A stretch of DNA of 64,000 bases, from positions 1,115,300-1,179,299 of the forward strand of contig NC_068999.1 of NCBI RefSeq assembly GCF_001194135.2. The letters are read 5' to 3'. This DNA comes from Octopus bimaculoides (taxonomy: Eukaryota). Positions 26,956 through 42,007 of this stretch are shown in pieces; position 1 is the first letter of the stretch, and every line of letters begins with the position of its first letter. Position numbers and translations under genes: made by a program. The notes under the pieces are model-generated. The model was not told the DNA's origin. It saw nothing but the letters and a program-made list of their open reading frames with translations, and did no database searches.

Positions 26956-28069
26956 NNNNNNNNNNNNNNNNNNNNNNNNNNNNNNNNNNNNNNNNNNNNN
27001 NNNNNNNNNNNNNNNNNNNNNNNNNNNNNNNNNNNNNNNNNNNNNNNNNNNNNNNNNNNNNNNNNNNNNNNNNNNNNNNNNNNNNNNNNNNNNNNNNNNN
27101 NNNNNNNNNNNNNNNNNNNNNNNNNNNNNNNNNNNNNNNNNNNNNNNNNNNNNNNNNNNNNNNNNNNNNNNNNNNNNNNNNNNNNNNNNNNNNNNNNNNN
27201 NNNNNNNNNNNNNNNNNNNNNNNNNNNNNNNNNNNNNNNNNNNNNNNNNNNNNNNNNNNNNNNNNNNNNNNNNNNNNNNNNNNNNNNNNNNNNNNNNNNN
27301 NNNNNNNNNNNNNNNNNNNNNNNNNNNNNNNNNNNNNNNNNNNNNNNNNNNNNNNNNNNNNNNNNNNNNNNNNNNNNNNNNNNNNNNNNNNNNNNNNNNN
27401 NNNNNNNNNNNNNNNNNNNNNNNNNNNNNNNNNNNNNNNNNNNNNNNNNNNNNNNNATATATATATATATAAGTGTGCCTGTGTCTGCTTGTATGAGAAT
27501 TTATAATTCTATATACGTGTAACGCATATAAATTACTGTATTTACACATACATATATAAGTATGTGTGTGCGTCACTACATACGCGTCAGTGGATGTTTT
27601 TATCAATACACACTGATTCACATTGTTGTCATTATATTGTGGAATAAACATTATTATATGCAGTTCTGACTCTACAGTCACATGAAGTAGAAATAAAATC
27701 TGCCTGTAGATTTTAGGGCAGTTTATACTCAGTCATGTGGACGTTTATATAGCGACAGAAATTACTAACCTACATTGACGTAAATTCCCGAAACCAACCA
27801 TTGTGACTAAACCTTTCTCTTATTATATTGTATATCCATTAATATTTCGCAAGTACAACGACACGTACAAGAAAGCGCATATCTACCACGGCATGAGCAT
27901 GCATGATCAGCCACACAGATGCACACGTATGTATGTTTGTGTATCATTCATTAAAAAATATATATATTATATCTAGAAATGTGAATTGTATTTAAACGCG
28001 GATATATATGAATATACCCACGTACACATGTCCTTGGATATATTTAAGGAAAATGTATAGATATATACG

Positions 28070-28101
<32 letters not shown>

Positions 28102-28347
28102 TGTATTTAGATGTAAATATATATATATGCATATATACATATATATAAAAATTGAGATAATTTATATTTAATCTCTGAGCGAGAGATAAACAGTAACAGT
28201 ACACAATCGTAAAATTTATTTGCCAACTAAATGTTGCGGTCCTATAGAAGATGGTGCAACTTTTATTTTTATTCCCAGCTAGCTCCATCTGGTCAATGAC
28301 ACAACCTGTGTTCGATTAATATTTGCGATACACTCTAGCTAGTGTTA

Positions 28348-28396
28348 ACACATACTGAAGAAATGTGTAACCACCCAGAAACTCGTGTCTGTTTGT
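28348..28396 (+). ncRNA. candidate minimal type-I hammerhead ribozyme (Penelope-like style)
   Basis: ACACATA / CTGAAGA / AA / TGTGT-AACC-ACCCA / GAAAC-TCGT-GT / C / TGTTTGT: intact core, GUC cleavage triplet, stem I 6 of 7 pairs, stem II 4 of 5 pairs. Confidence 0.5.
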
Positions 28397-30779
28397 ATCA
28401 CGTAAGATATCTATGGTGTATATTTACATACCTATATACTGTATATCTATATGTACATTTTGTACATATTATACACTAAATGATAAGTGTTCACAGATGT
28501 TTATAGATTCATGCGTCTATATTCTTAAATACGCACTTCCCGCTTTTTGTTTCTCGTGCATATACACTTCGATATTGTTTACCTGAGAACTGGAGAGATT
28601 TTTCTTGCTGCTTCTAAAAAGAAAAGCTAGTTCAAGTTTAGACATACAAATATGTACGTACGTACATATGTACATATGTACATATGCATGTATGTATGGA
28701 TGTACGTATGTATGCATATATGTATCTATGTATTCAGGAAAAGAATCTTTATATATGCACTTATTTAATAACAAAAAACGAAGAACAAATAACAAGATAC
28801 TATTTTCGAATAAACTTTTGATGTTATTTTCTATAATCGCAGTATTTCGACTTGTTAAAATACCAGAGAAAAATCAGCGTCATTCTGAAACATATATGAA
28901 AAGCAAAAGTTATAAACTTCTCTAATTCATGCGACTACTGTTGTACTCCTGTTTTTATAAATCCTTCTCTTATAAAATCCTTTTTTAGGAATGTTTATTG
29001 TATACTTATTAAAATATACAGTTGCACCAAGAGTATACTTGAAGTTATGAGCAAAAGAAATGCATAGTGATATCATTAAATGAATATAGTTGGGAACCTT
29101 CCATAATAATATTAATTTATTTCTTATATGTAGAAGAAAGTATATAGCTTGAGATTTTGTGGAAATGATGTTCGAAAAAGCTTACATACAGGAATCTAAA
29201 CCGTTGCCTCACATTGCTGAACAGGATGTTTGCTGATAGAAAAGGATAATTTTTAAAGATTCAAAACATAAGTAAATGAAATAAGGCATTTCTGCAATTC
29301 TTCTTGTATTTTGTATTCGACAATTTATTCATTTCGACTCAGAAAATTGAGCTTCACCACAAATGATTGTTTGTAACAAGAGGTAAGATACATGAAAGAA
29401 TCGTCTTGATTACACCTCATGGCTCAAAGCAAATTTTCTATATTTTTGAAAAACGGATCTGTATTAAATATATTCTGACTTCTATATCTTTATGACGACT
29501 GTAGCCAATGGTCTCGTTTAAAACGTTGTGACCCAAACCCTGAATGTGAAGACATGAGAATTTTCCAGGGTTCCGACTATATGAGGAAAAAGAACTGGAG
29601 ATAATGGGCTTGTGCAAAGGCAAGGGCGTTTAGCACCTTATTGCAACGAAGCGAGAGAGAGGGAGAGAGGGAGAGAGAGAGAGCACTTGTGGGTCAGAAG
29701 AGTGTCTGTGATAGAAGGAGACCATTAAAGTAGCTATGGAAAAGGTAGAGCGGAATCAAGACAAATGGGAGAGAGAATATGGTGTTGCACATCAGTGATT
29801 GAGTTCTTCCTAATCAAAGGTTTCTTTTGTTGGTTCGGTTCAGGATATCTGCATATTTATCCGAAGCACCGTCTCCCATATAGGAACAATACTTCATTCC
29901 TTCCGATTGCCAATAACTCTAGATTTTGTTGTCACTTTCATCCCTTTGCTTAAATCATTAGATTGTGATTCAATTAATAACTGGAAGTTGTTTCTAGCAT
30001 TTTAAACTACAACTTACGATTTGAAGAGTTCCAGAGAAATATCAATGGAAATTTTAAAAACTGTGGAAGACTTAATTTATAACCAGCCAAAATTTTATAA
30101 AATTTTATAAATTCTTTAAATCCATAGGGTCCCCAAACATTGTCAGAATGATGTCATACCTTCTGCATACTATTATCAACCTCTTCTCGTTATCTATAAA
30201 TATTGGTCCTAAAATGATCAAAATAAAAGGCTTCCATTATGTATTAAAGTTATAAAACAAAACATTATGAAACGAAACAAGAACTTAGAGATATATAAAA
30301 AAAATTGTTTTTACAGTGAGTATGGCCTTCTGTGGAAGATTTAGTACCTTTTTCTAACCTCATATATCCTCGAGTAACACAGGAAAATCAATTCCAGCAC
30401 CACTGTGAACCAAAAAAAAAAAAAAAAAATCTCATTGCAAGACATTTTCCATGGTTTCCTTCCTTCATTTACTTTTTAGAGTTCGCTTCGATGGAATAAC
30501 ATTATTCTTATATTTTCTTATTCTTCATTACTATTTTTTCTCATATACCTTACATTCACATCTACATTCACATCTTTTTCTTTTCTTGATATTTTAGTAA
30601 TATTGTCTTACTAATTTTTTTCTTATTTTTCGCCAAAGACGTATCAATTTTTTTTTTTTCGCTATTTTCGTATTTTTCATTGTAATTCCTCAAGACAGAA
30701 CAGGCTACTTCTTACTTGTGTATTCCTTCTTTTCTCTCGGAATCCAATGTGAAAATGGAAAAAAAAATATTAAAGTTCA

Positions 30780-31040
30780 TGATAATAAAAAGCATGATGA
30801 TGTTGATGATGATGGTTAGTTTGATGATGATGGTTATTTTGATTATGATGATGATGTTAGTAGCAGTAGTGTTGATGATGTTAAATAACAATAGTAACAA
30901 CAGCAATGATAATAACAATAATAATAATAATAATGATGATGATAATAATAATGATACTAATAATAACAATAATAATAATAACGATGCTAATAATAATAAT
31001 AATGATACTAATAATAACAACAACAATAATAATAATAATA
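30780..31040. repeat. compound (GAT)n/(AAT/AAC)n array
   Basis: Directly visible; explains the poly-M/N/I ORFs. Confidence 0.9.
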
Positions 31041-31182
31041 CAGCTAATCAATCACAAGATCGATTGTGTCTGTAAATATGTAATAGAATCGATAAGCATA
31101 AGTACGCACCACTTAGATTTATGCACTTACCATTGATTGGATAAAGAACAGAATCTCATATACATACATGCAAATATATATA

Positions 31183-31244
<62 letters not shown>

Positions 31245-31429
31245 TATTGTGAAAAAGGGAGAGTGGGAGAGAAGCATTCTAGCAGAGAAAGGTAAATAAC
31301 GCTTAATCTAAATTTTAAAAAAAGGAAAAACGAAGGGGAAAAACAAATTAGAAACAGAAATATTGAATGTCTGTTAGAATCTATAAGTTATTTCGGAAGA
31401 AAAAAAACTGTACACAAAATAACTCTCAC

Positions 31430-31590
<161 letters not shown>

Positions 31591-32734
31591 TAACTACATT
31601 AAGAGGAGTAGAACATACCTTCACACACTCACGCACGCACGTACAGATACACATATATATATATTGCATGTGTGTGTATATCTGTGTGCATTTGCATGCA
31701 TATGCGTATGTGTGTGTATTAAATTTGTTTCAAGCTTGTTAAGGTCGGTACAATAAGTTGTTTCCTTACACAGTTTGACTTTTTGCAACAATCTAATATT
31801 TTTTATCGTGTTTGTGTTCGTGCTTCTTTTTCGACTTTCTTTACAGTTAATAATGTCTGCGTTGATTTCATCCTTTTCTTTAGACGGAAGAATTCAAATA
31901 TATTCGGAATGTATTTGAGTTTGGTGTGTAATACTGGTGTAAGTTTTAGTAAGTTTATACTCAAGTTCAATGCAGAATTGATTCATTTGCTGGGAATATA
32001 AACCAAATCTCTCTGTCTCATAAACATGGATGTACCTCTTCATCATGTTAACCCTGCTGTGAGAAACGAGTGGATAGCTGGCTGCAGAGCGTTTGACCAA
32101 AGGTCATCGGGTATTCAGGATTAAGTAGCAAAGTCGTCATCCTTGATAACATCGTCGTCGTCGTCATTATCACCCTCGTCCCCTTTGACCCCAGACTACC
32201 TCCAAATTTAAAAACATTAACAACATCAATATCCTATCACCATGTGTGCTAACACAATAGCCATTACCGTCACCTAAACGACCAATGGCAGCACACGTAC
32301 ACGTACACATACACAGACGCGCAAACACACGCACGCACACAAACAAACAAACACACGCATATAAAAATGAATGCAGCTAAACAAGATATAAAACCAAAAA
32401 GGAAACTTTCAAATTTCCCTAATAGTGACTTGGCGTGCGAGGTACTCCTACATTGCTAAAAACAAGTGTTAAATACACTTATAGCCGCAAAAAGTCACAT
32501 GTCTATGCACTGACAGGGGAGATAACCACTCGACAGCGAGCGAGGTCATTATAGTTGCTAGTTATGCCTATCTCACCGATAGTGACGATTTCATTGCTGA
32601 TGGTTAGGCTAAATCCCAGCTATCAGTAGATAGTATTTACCACAAGAATCAATGGTAGATTCAGCAAAATTGTAATGCGGCTACACACAATATCAAAGCA
32701 AGAAGGAAAAGTTCAATTGTTTCCGTCCCCCAAA

Positions 32735-32865
32735 TCCTCTCACAAGACCTTAGTCGGCCCGGTACTATAGTGCAAGACACCTGGCCATGTGTCATGCAGT
32801 GGGACTGAACCCGAAGTCATGTAGTTGGGAAGCAAGCTTCTTACCACACAGCCACTTCTGCGCCT
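32735..32865 (-). mobile_element. SINE family A, head only
   Basis: Minus strand AGGCGCAGAAGTGGCTGTGTGGTAAG...GGGTTCAGTCCCACTGC with A and B boxes. Confidence 0.85.
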
Positions 32866-34678
32866 TTATATACGAATGTGTGTGTAAATGCAATTATGTA
32901 TTTGTGTATGTATGTAAGTGCTCCCATCCCATGTCTAATTTCGATTTAGAATATGATTTGACATATATTAAGTAGTAATATCTAGTAGATCACCTAACCA
33001 CACACCATCTCCTTCCGAATCGCCTTCCCCGGTTGACTCGGGCAGAAATGGTAGACAGATTGTAAATGCGATTTTCACAGTTAGACCTATGTGCAATTTA
33101 ATAATTGTATTTCTAAAACAGATAAATGATATTATCTGTCCTGCATGAACCTATGGGAAATAGGTAACACATTTGCTTGTGAAAATGTCCAAAGTAATCC
33201 TAACTGGCTTATGAACATAATTCACTGGCAAAGCTCAATTAAATCACTTTCTATATTACATTAGTAGATATAAGAAATGTTTACGCAATTTATACTTGCG
33301 TCCTGGAAGTATTATATTACATCAGTTATTTTCTATATCAAAGGATAAGTATATTATATCGTATTATAGTGTATTATATCGTATTATACTATATTAGATT
33401 AGGTGAGATTATATTAAAATATAGAAGAGTACATTATATTACACGGATCATGAATTTTATAGCTCAATTTGTCACCTCGTATCATAATATTGTATATCCT
33501 TCAGCGACTATAGGATTATCTAAATAGTTGTAATGGAAAAAGCATTTTTTTTTCTTTCTCTCGAGGAGAATTTAAACATAATGGAGTCAACGTTTTGTTT
33601 GTGAAGGAAAAGAGAGTCAGCTGTTCTAATCTTGTCATCGGAACTGTATTGCGGATGTAAACAGACAATTAACTTTTAAATCTAATGGTGTCCACTTTTA
33701 ATTAGGAAATGCTAGTATCCTACCTGGAACAGAATGTCACTTATGTAACTAAACATATCACTGAGGCTAGACTAGGTTGAGATATATTTATTTCGCTTTG
33801 TCTTTCAGAAGAACGTAAAGACAAGGAGCGATTACTTTATCCCCACTTTCAAATATAGTACGAATAACCCTTCGATTTGTATAAGTTGGCAAGCGGGTTG
33901 CTCTAATTACAGACTGCGCTACCCAATAGATACCCAATAGACCCTTATTTTGTTTCTTGAAATTAGTCTGAGTTGAGTAAAATTCAGATACAGAGACGAA
34001 GTCACTAGTCTGTTTGCCCCATCGGTTCACAAACCCTACTCTATCAACTGTTTTGCTGTAAGTAAAAATCATTTTCTTATAGAACAAATAAGTTTTCAAC
34101 AGATTCTTATTTGATTAATTAATATCTGTAGCCATAGAACTAGAAGTGAGTTAGTTAGAGCCTGTGTGTTCATTTACAAAATATCTGAAAGATTTATGTC
34201 TGGAAAGAAATGAAAAAAAATATTAATTGAATGTATCGGTTAGTTGTTCAATATATTCCACATATATTAGCATTCAAATGAGAAGAATAAAGATTCTATT
34301 TTTGGTGTTTCTTTTAGTGTGCTTAGAATTCGCAGACATTCGTTCATATAGCTCTAAAGAATGTTACAGATGAATTGTACCTTTGATTATGAAGCACAAA
34401 AGAAGAGTTAAAACGAAACTGCTTTAGAATAACGCACTGAGATTAAGCAAAGTTAATGAATGATTAAACAAAAAAGTGAGATAGAGAAACACGTAGGTGA
34501 CAAAATGAGTATTGAGGGAGAGAGAAAGTGAGTGAATAAATGAGTGAGTGAGTGAGTGAGTGACAAAGAGGAGACAGCCCAATGATGAAGTGAGATCTAA
34601 ACGTGAGAAATTAAAAGAAAAGAGATAAAGAAGCAAAAGGTGTGTGTGTGTATGTGTGTGTGTGTGAGTATGTGTGTG

Positions 34679-34725
<47 letters not shown>

Positions 34726-36270
34726 GAAACTGAGATAGAAAAAGTGAGATAACGGGATGAAATAATGAAAGTGTAAACATTAGTACAATTAAGAAATTAG
34801 AATATGAAAATGAAAGCAATATTTAAAATGAAGCATTTATTGAGATGGTTTAGATATATCTTAATTAAACAGGAGTTAAAGTGAATGGTACTAAAATGTT
34901 ATCACAGTTTAAGAGGGAATAAGAAAACACGTAGATATTAAATCTGAGGAGATAAGATACGATACTCGATATAACTTATGGTTGATTTAGTGGGAAATAA
35001 TTTCTATGTGATAAACCTGAGGTATATTTGAAATACATTAATACAAATCCAAACCATCCTTTAAGAATATTTAACAAGGTAATTAATTAATTAGCGTAGA
35101 TTAAGCGGCATCTCCGTCGGGAAACCCTATAAAATGGGTTGCTGATTTAAAATTAAAAATGCATTAAAGGCAGTTTAAATATAAATCCATTATCTGTAGC
35201 CAACAATAAAGTAAAATTCATGAAAGGAAATGTTATGCGGTATAATCATCCATAGAGTTTACAGAGGTTTTCCTATGTTGACACAAATGGTGTAAATATA
35301 AGTATGAAAGCTTACCTACAGCATAGATCTTTTAACAACTATTCTGTGCAACAATTACACAAAATACTTCACTGTTGATACAACCGACATAACACTAAAA
35401 GAATTTAATATGAACATGCAAGCTTTTCCTTTATCACATAGCAACACCTGTTCTGTCTCTCCTCTAATTCGGATATCTCATCGTAAAGCATTAGTTTTTC
35501 AATCAAAACCTTCTCTCGCAGAGAATTTATTTAAAATTATCTCGAAGCATATGTTTAAAATCCATTATAGAATATGCGTCCATGCTGCATTAATGGATCC
35601 AGAATCATGAGAAATTTTCTCTCCAACAAGATAAACTTTGCGTTACATGCAGACCTTTGCAGTTCTGAACAGACAAATTGGTATTTAACAATTTCATGCT
35701 CTTCAATCACTGCTTATAAATTTCCAACAAACAACGATCTAGAATACTTAAGTTATTATACAAAAAACATTTCCAGGGCCAGTACAATTTCCATGTTACA
35801 AACGCATGTAATTTAACCTAAAAGTCATTCATAACATCCGCGCAAGAGACACAATGTGAGCGCTGTATACAGAATAAATAGCAGCTTGATTTCTCTCAAA
35901 CCCCACCCTATCCGCTTATAAGAACAAACTTTGAGTAACATGGTACTAGGTTTCTAGCACACAGGGAATGTGCTTAACAACTTTCCATTAAATGGGTAAA
36001 CTAACAACAGCTAACAACAGTGTGTATTTTATACATATAGCAACGAAATGCTAGGTGGCATTAAGTTACGCAAATTTACTTTCGGGATCAAATCATTCGG
36101 AGATCATTTTAGTCTTTAATCATTTCAGAGTTGCAGAAATACAGTAAAAATTGAACTTTAAAGACTAATTTGAAAAACTAGACAAAATATTTTGTGGATT
36201 TGTGTCTATGTTCGAACAAATTATACAAACACACACAAGCACACTCACACACACACATACACACACATGA

Positions 36271-36388
36271 ATAGGCTCAGGAGTGGCTGTGTTGTAAGAA
36301 GATGGCTTCCCAACCACATGGTTCCGGGTTCAGTCCCACCAAGGTCTTTTGAGTGAATTTGGTAGACGGAAACTGAAAGAAGCCTGTC

Positions 36389-36445
<57 letters not shown>

Positions 36446-36572
36446 AGGTATTTTACGTCCCCGTAACTTAGCAATTCTGCAAAAGATACCGATATAAGCA
36501 CTAGGCTTACAAAGAATAACTCCTGCGGTCGAGTTGTTCGAAAAAAGGTGGTGCTCCAGCATGGCCGCAATC
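36271..36572 (+). mobile_element. SINE family A copy with internal deletion and internal (AT)n
   Basis: A-box-like TGGCTGTGTTG (36284-36294), B box GGTTCAGTCCC (36327-36337), GGAAACTGAAAGAAG, (AT)n, then second body to GCTCCAGCATGGCCGCA. Confidence 0.9.
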
Positions 36573-37910
36573 ACGGGATAGTAATTACGGTGTTGTGGGA
36601 AAATAGCAAGCTTCTTACCAAACATCGATGCCTGCGTTATAGTGAAAGGAAGAGGGGGAGAGAGGGAAAGAAAAATTGATAGATAAATATCGACAGATAA
36701 AGAGACACACAGACAGAGAGATGAAGATATGCATATATATGGTCGCGTGTGAGGACGTATACACATATACATTTCTTATATTTATGAATAGTCGCTCTCC
36801 CCTCTAAACATTGACCAAATTTCTAAACGTATTGAAACATACACCCAGGGTGCTAAGACAAACCAGTAAAGACGCTTACGATATACAGAGTCGAAAATCC
36901 ACCATTTTTTATGTCGAAGTTTACGCTAATTTCTGTATTTAAACCTGAAAACAAATATTATAATAATAAATATGCGGCAAATACAACAATCTGTATTGTA
37001 AGTAAAGTTTACCCTAGAGATCGATATATTTCAATATATTTTATCGAATTTCATCTTTTGTACATCTATAATATCACGTGCTAACAAGCGACTCAGGAAC
37101 TTAACATCAGCCTATANNNNNNNNNNNNNNNNNNNNNNNNNNNNNNNNNNNNNNNNNNNNNNNNNNNNNNNNNNNNNNNNNNNNNNNNNNNNNNNNNNNN
37201 NNNNNNNNNNNNNNNNNNNNNNNNNNNNNNNNNNNNNNNNNNNNNNNNNNNNNNNNNNNNNNNNNNNNNNNNNNNNNNNNNNNNNNNNNNNNNNNNNNNN
37301 NNNNNNNNNNNNNNNNNNNNNNNNNNNNNNNNNNNNNNNNNNNNNNNNNNNNNNNNNNNNNNNNNNNNNNNNNNNNNNNNNNNNNNNNNNNNNNNNNNNN
37401 NNNNNNNNNNNNNNNNNNNNNNNNNNNNNNNNNNNNNNNNNNNNNNNNNNNNNNNNNNNNNNNNNNNNNNNNNNNNNNNNNNNNNNNNNNNNNNNNNNNN
37501 NNNNNNNNNNNNNNNNNNNNNNNNNNNNNNNNNNNNNNNNNNNNNNNNNNNNNNNNNNNNNNNNNNNNNNNNNNNNNNNNNNNNNNNNNNNNNNNNNNNN
37601 NNNNNNNNNNNNNNNNNNNNNNNNNNNNNNNNNNNNNNNNNNNNNNNNNNNNNNNNNNNNNNNNNNNNNNNNNNNNNNNNNNNNNNNNNNNNNNNNNNNN
37701 NNNNNNNNNNNNNNNNNNNNNNNNNNNNNNNNNNNNNNNNNNNNNNNNNNNNNNNNNNNNNNNNNNNNNNNNNNNNNNNNNNNNNNNNNNNNNNNNNNNN
37801 NNNNNNNNNNNNNNNNNNNNNNNNNNNNNNNNNNNNNNNNNNNNNNNNNNNNNNNNNNNNNNNNNNNNNNNNNNNNNNNNNNNNNNNNNNNNNNATATAT
37901 ATATATATAT

Positions 37911-37955
<45 letters not shown>

Positions 37956-38844
37956 GAGACACACACACACACACATTTATAAACGTCCATATGTTTATAT
38001 AGCTGCGCACACATGCATATAAAATGCATAATTCAATTGAGGTTTAGATCGCTTGATTGTGTTTAGATTTCTGGCCTTTTATCTTTGCAAAACCAGAGCA
38101 AAGTAGCATATTGGCAAGAACACGAGCACTGTTTCCGTATACCCTTCATGCGATTCAATTTTATGAAAAGTTACAGGAGAGATATTGAAATAAACAGGTG
38201 AGGGTAGTTTATGTATAAATTATTTCATTTTCATTGTATAAACACGTACTGAAATGAAATGCTAGATCCTCTTGTAGGCTCGATTGCATAATTCAACCAA
38301 CGTTCTCAGAGAAACAGGCAGAATAGAGGAATATAACACAATTGCATTATAAACCAACACATTAGCTCTGGGTTTCCCTCGCATACATATGTCAATGGAT
38401 ATGTGTATAAATGTATAACCGTGCCTATGCATATATAGAGATATAGTTGAGGTGTGTTCTGTTAAGCACGTATTAGAGTACAAATACAGCTCGTTCACCC
38501 ATAGAATTCCCAAATAGCAGGTAGAATTATTATGGTACGCTGGCAATTCTAGTCTTATGTATTTCAAAGGTGCCATGGAGGTAATCGCATTGAAAACAAA
38601 ATTTACTTGCTGAGACAGCGATTAAATATCGCCCGAGGTAATAAGTATGGATCTTATTATACAGGTTAAACGCTACCGAATTTAATTTAATTTAAATCTA
38701 AATTTAAATTTAAATCCTGTATATATACATAGATCTATATGTATGGAAACATTCGTAGTGATCATTAAAAAGCTGCCTAACCGTACTTACTGTTCCTTTT
38801 GACTGTATTAATTTTTACTTATACATATATATATACATATACAT

Positions 38845-39222
38845 ATAGGCGCATGAGTGGCTGTATTGTAAGTATGTTGTCGACCAACCACATGCTTCCA
38901 GTTTCAGTCCCACAGGGTCGCAATTTGTGCAAGTTCTACTATAGCCTCGGGCTGACCAAAGCCTTATGAGTGGATATAGTAGAGGGAAACTGAAAGAAGC
39001 TCATCGCATATATATCTCCGTGCCCCCCTCCCACCCAAAAAAAAAGACATCGCTTGACAACCGATGCTGGTGCGTTTACGTCTCTGTACTTTTGTGGTTC
39101 CGCAAAAGAGACAAATACAATGAGTAATTACAAAGTTTAAGTCCTGGGGTCAATTTGCTCGACTAAAGGCGGTACTCCAGCACGGCCGCAGTCAAAATGC
39201 CTGAAACAATTAAAAGAAGAGA
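38845..39222 (+). mobile_element. SINE family A, near full length
   Basis: Collinear with the other A copies, from ATAGGCGCATGAGTGGCTG to GTCAAAATGCCTGAAACAA. Confidence 0.9.
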
Positions 39223-39253
39223 ATACATATATAAGCATGTATATATATATATA

Positions 39254-39318
<65 letters not shown>

Positions 39319-40095
39319 ACACACATACACACATATGTATGAACGTATGTGTGTATATGCATTATGTAGGGCTTCCCTAATGAATTCATTTCCTATTTTA
39401 CATTACACAAACCTGAAACATACGTGCTAAATGGTTTCAAAATGTCACTATCATTACACCTATACAAACGTACACACGCACACACACACCCCTATATGTT
39501 TCTGCGTGTGTGAGAGTGTGCATATAAGGTTCTGTTGCCATATCACATCCCTGATGATAATGTAGATAAAGATTTCGAAGAAAATCTACCTCGACGTTTA
39601 AAATCGAATAGAGGCTGACAGGCAGGCATCTAAGCAAATAAAAATAGCTGAGTGAAGAAGCACATTGATTAACATCAAAATGAATAGACAAATACCCAGT
39701 CAGCCAACCCGATCGATAATAAATATATACGAGGTTAGAATGAGATGTAAGCAGATGAAGAGTAAACTACTTATATATGTGTAGTGTCTATCAGTGTGTG
39801 TCTCGCTGTGTGTATGTGTGTTCGTGTGTGTGTGTGCATGTGTATGTGTGTGTATGTGTTGATGGGAAAAATTCCGTCAGAGAAAGGAAATTAATAAGTG
39901 AGTGATTAGACAAAGACGTAGTAGAATGAAACACAAAAAATATATTGGAAAGGACGTATGCATGTATGTGTGTATGCGTGTGTGTGCGCATGCGTGTGTA
40001 TGCATGTGTTTGTGCATGTGTGCAAATGTGTGTATGAGCGTATATATGTACAGTGCGTGACATGAGTACGCATAGAATACACATGCATACACACA

Positions 40096-40169
<74 letters not shown>

Positions 40170-40806
40170 CTACTCACAGACGGACGAACAGATGTACAGA
40201 CAGGCCGATAGCTAGACAGATAAATAGATATACAGATAGATAAATAGATGAATAGATAGAGAGAGAGAGAGAAAGAGAAACTGAAAGATCAATAAATATT
40301 TAGGTACACTGAAAGATAGTGAAATAAAAATAAAAAAAGATAAATAGTTAAGGAAATAGATAACAGATACACAGATATGTGTGTGTTCATTTTCTGTTTG
40401 TGTCAGGGGAAGTAATATGCAAAGAGCTTAGACACATATAACATAATAGGTAGAATTATAGAATTATAAAGGCAGGATATTCGTAAATGTCTGGCCATCT
40501 CCACGTAAATTGGCCCATATAAGCTCCTTAAAAGTTGATAGTATTAGTGTAATCATAACAGTCAGAAATGACAAATATATTGAAACGGTGCCCTTTAGAT
40601 TCTCATATAATTTTCTCAACGCTAAAATGCTAAGCTTGAACAATCGTTCGTATGAGTGTGTGTTTAACACCCACAAAATACACACACACACACACACGCA
40701 CCCCCCCCCGCACACACACACACGCATAAACGCACACACACACACACGCACAAGCACATTCACACACGCACACTTCTATGTGAATATATGTATTATATAT
40801 ATATAT

Positions 40807-40838
<32 letters not shown>

Positions 40839-41916
40839 GAATGTACATGTGTGTACGTGTTTGTATACAATCTCGTGCATATGTATATATATATATATAT
40901 ATACATATATGCATGCATGCATAGATATGTATATGTCTATAAACATATATATGCAAAGACATATCTTGATGCGGTGGTTTTGTAAAATAATCGATCTATG
41001 CATCCTCCCTCAAGCTATCTATCTTTAAATAAAACAGTATGATTATTCAAACAGCCACTCCGCTTATCACATCTGCTACACCACAACTGTTCATGATCGT
41101 TAGCAATCAATTGTGTCAGTTAGAATTTCAATCGATAAACATTGAGGCCGAAACAAAAAATAGTGCAACGAAAAACAGAAATACGTAGCAAAGAGCAAGG
41201 AAAAAATATATACCGCTACAAATATAGATGTAACTGACACAAGAATCCATTTTGAATCTCTTTGAAATACGAGATTTCTGTTAGATTTATAGAAATAGAC
41301 AAATACGCACCAACATGCACATGTACTCACATGTACACACACACACATACATATATATATACATACATACATACGTGTGTGTGTGTGTGTATAGACATCT
41401 ATGCAGAGACAGCTCCACATATATACACACACAGATAAACAGACATGTAGTCGTATATGTGTATATGTGTGTGTGTGAGAGAGAGTGTGTATAATATATA
41501 TATACATATATATATGACTTGGATTTTGTCTAGTCCTTAAGCACACACAATCATGTGTATATCTATGAACACCCCCCCCACACATATATATATAAATGCA
41601 TATATGTATATATGTGTGTGTGTGTTTATGTATGCATGTACGCAGATGCACTAATACATGCGTGTGTCTATGAATTTATCTACTTATGTGTTTATATACA
41701 TATGCTCATACAAAAACGTTCCTACACACACACACACACACGTACATATGGACATACACAACATACTTATCAATATGTATAGTTTTCCTTTTCATTTTTT
41801 GTAGGTCAGTACATTTTTTCCTTACATTTGTTGTTTTTATCTTCAATATTTCTAATAATTTTAGTATTATTTTTGTTGCTATCCTTTTAATCTACTTTAT
41901 ATATTATTTATATCCT

Positions 41917-42007
<91 letters not shown>

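Noticed and set aside
33788-34099. 103-aa minus-strand ORF without low complexity
   Set aside because: No family motif recognised; length is within chance expectation; contains an 11-bp local duplication.
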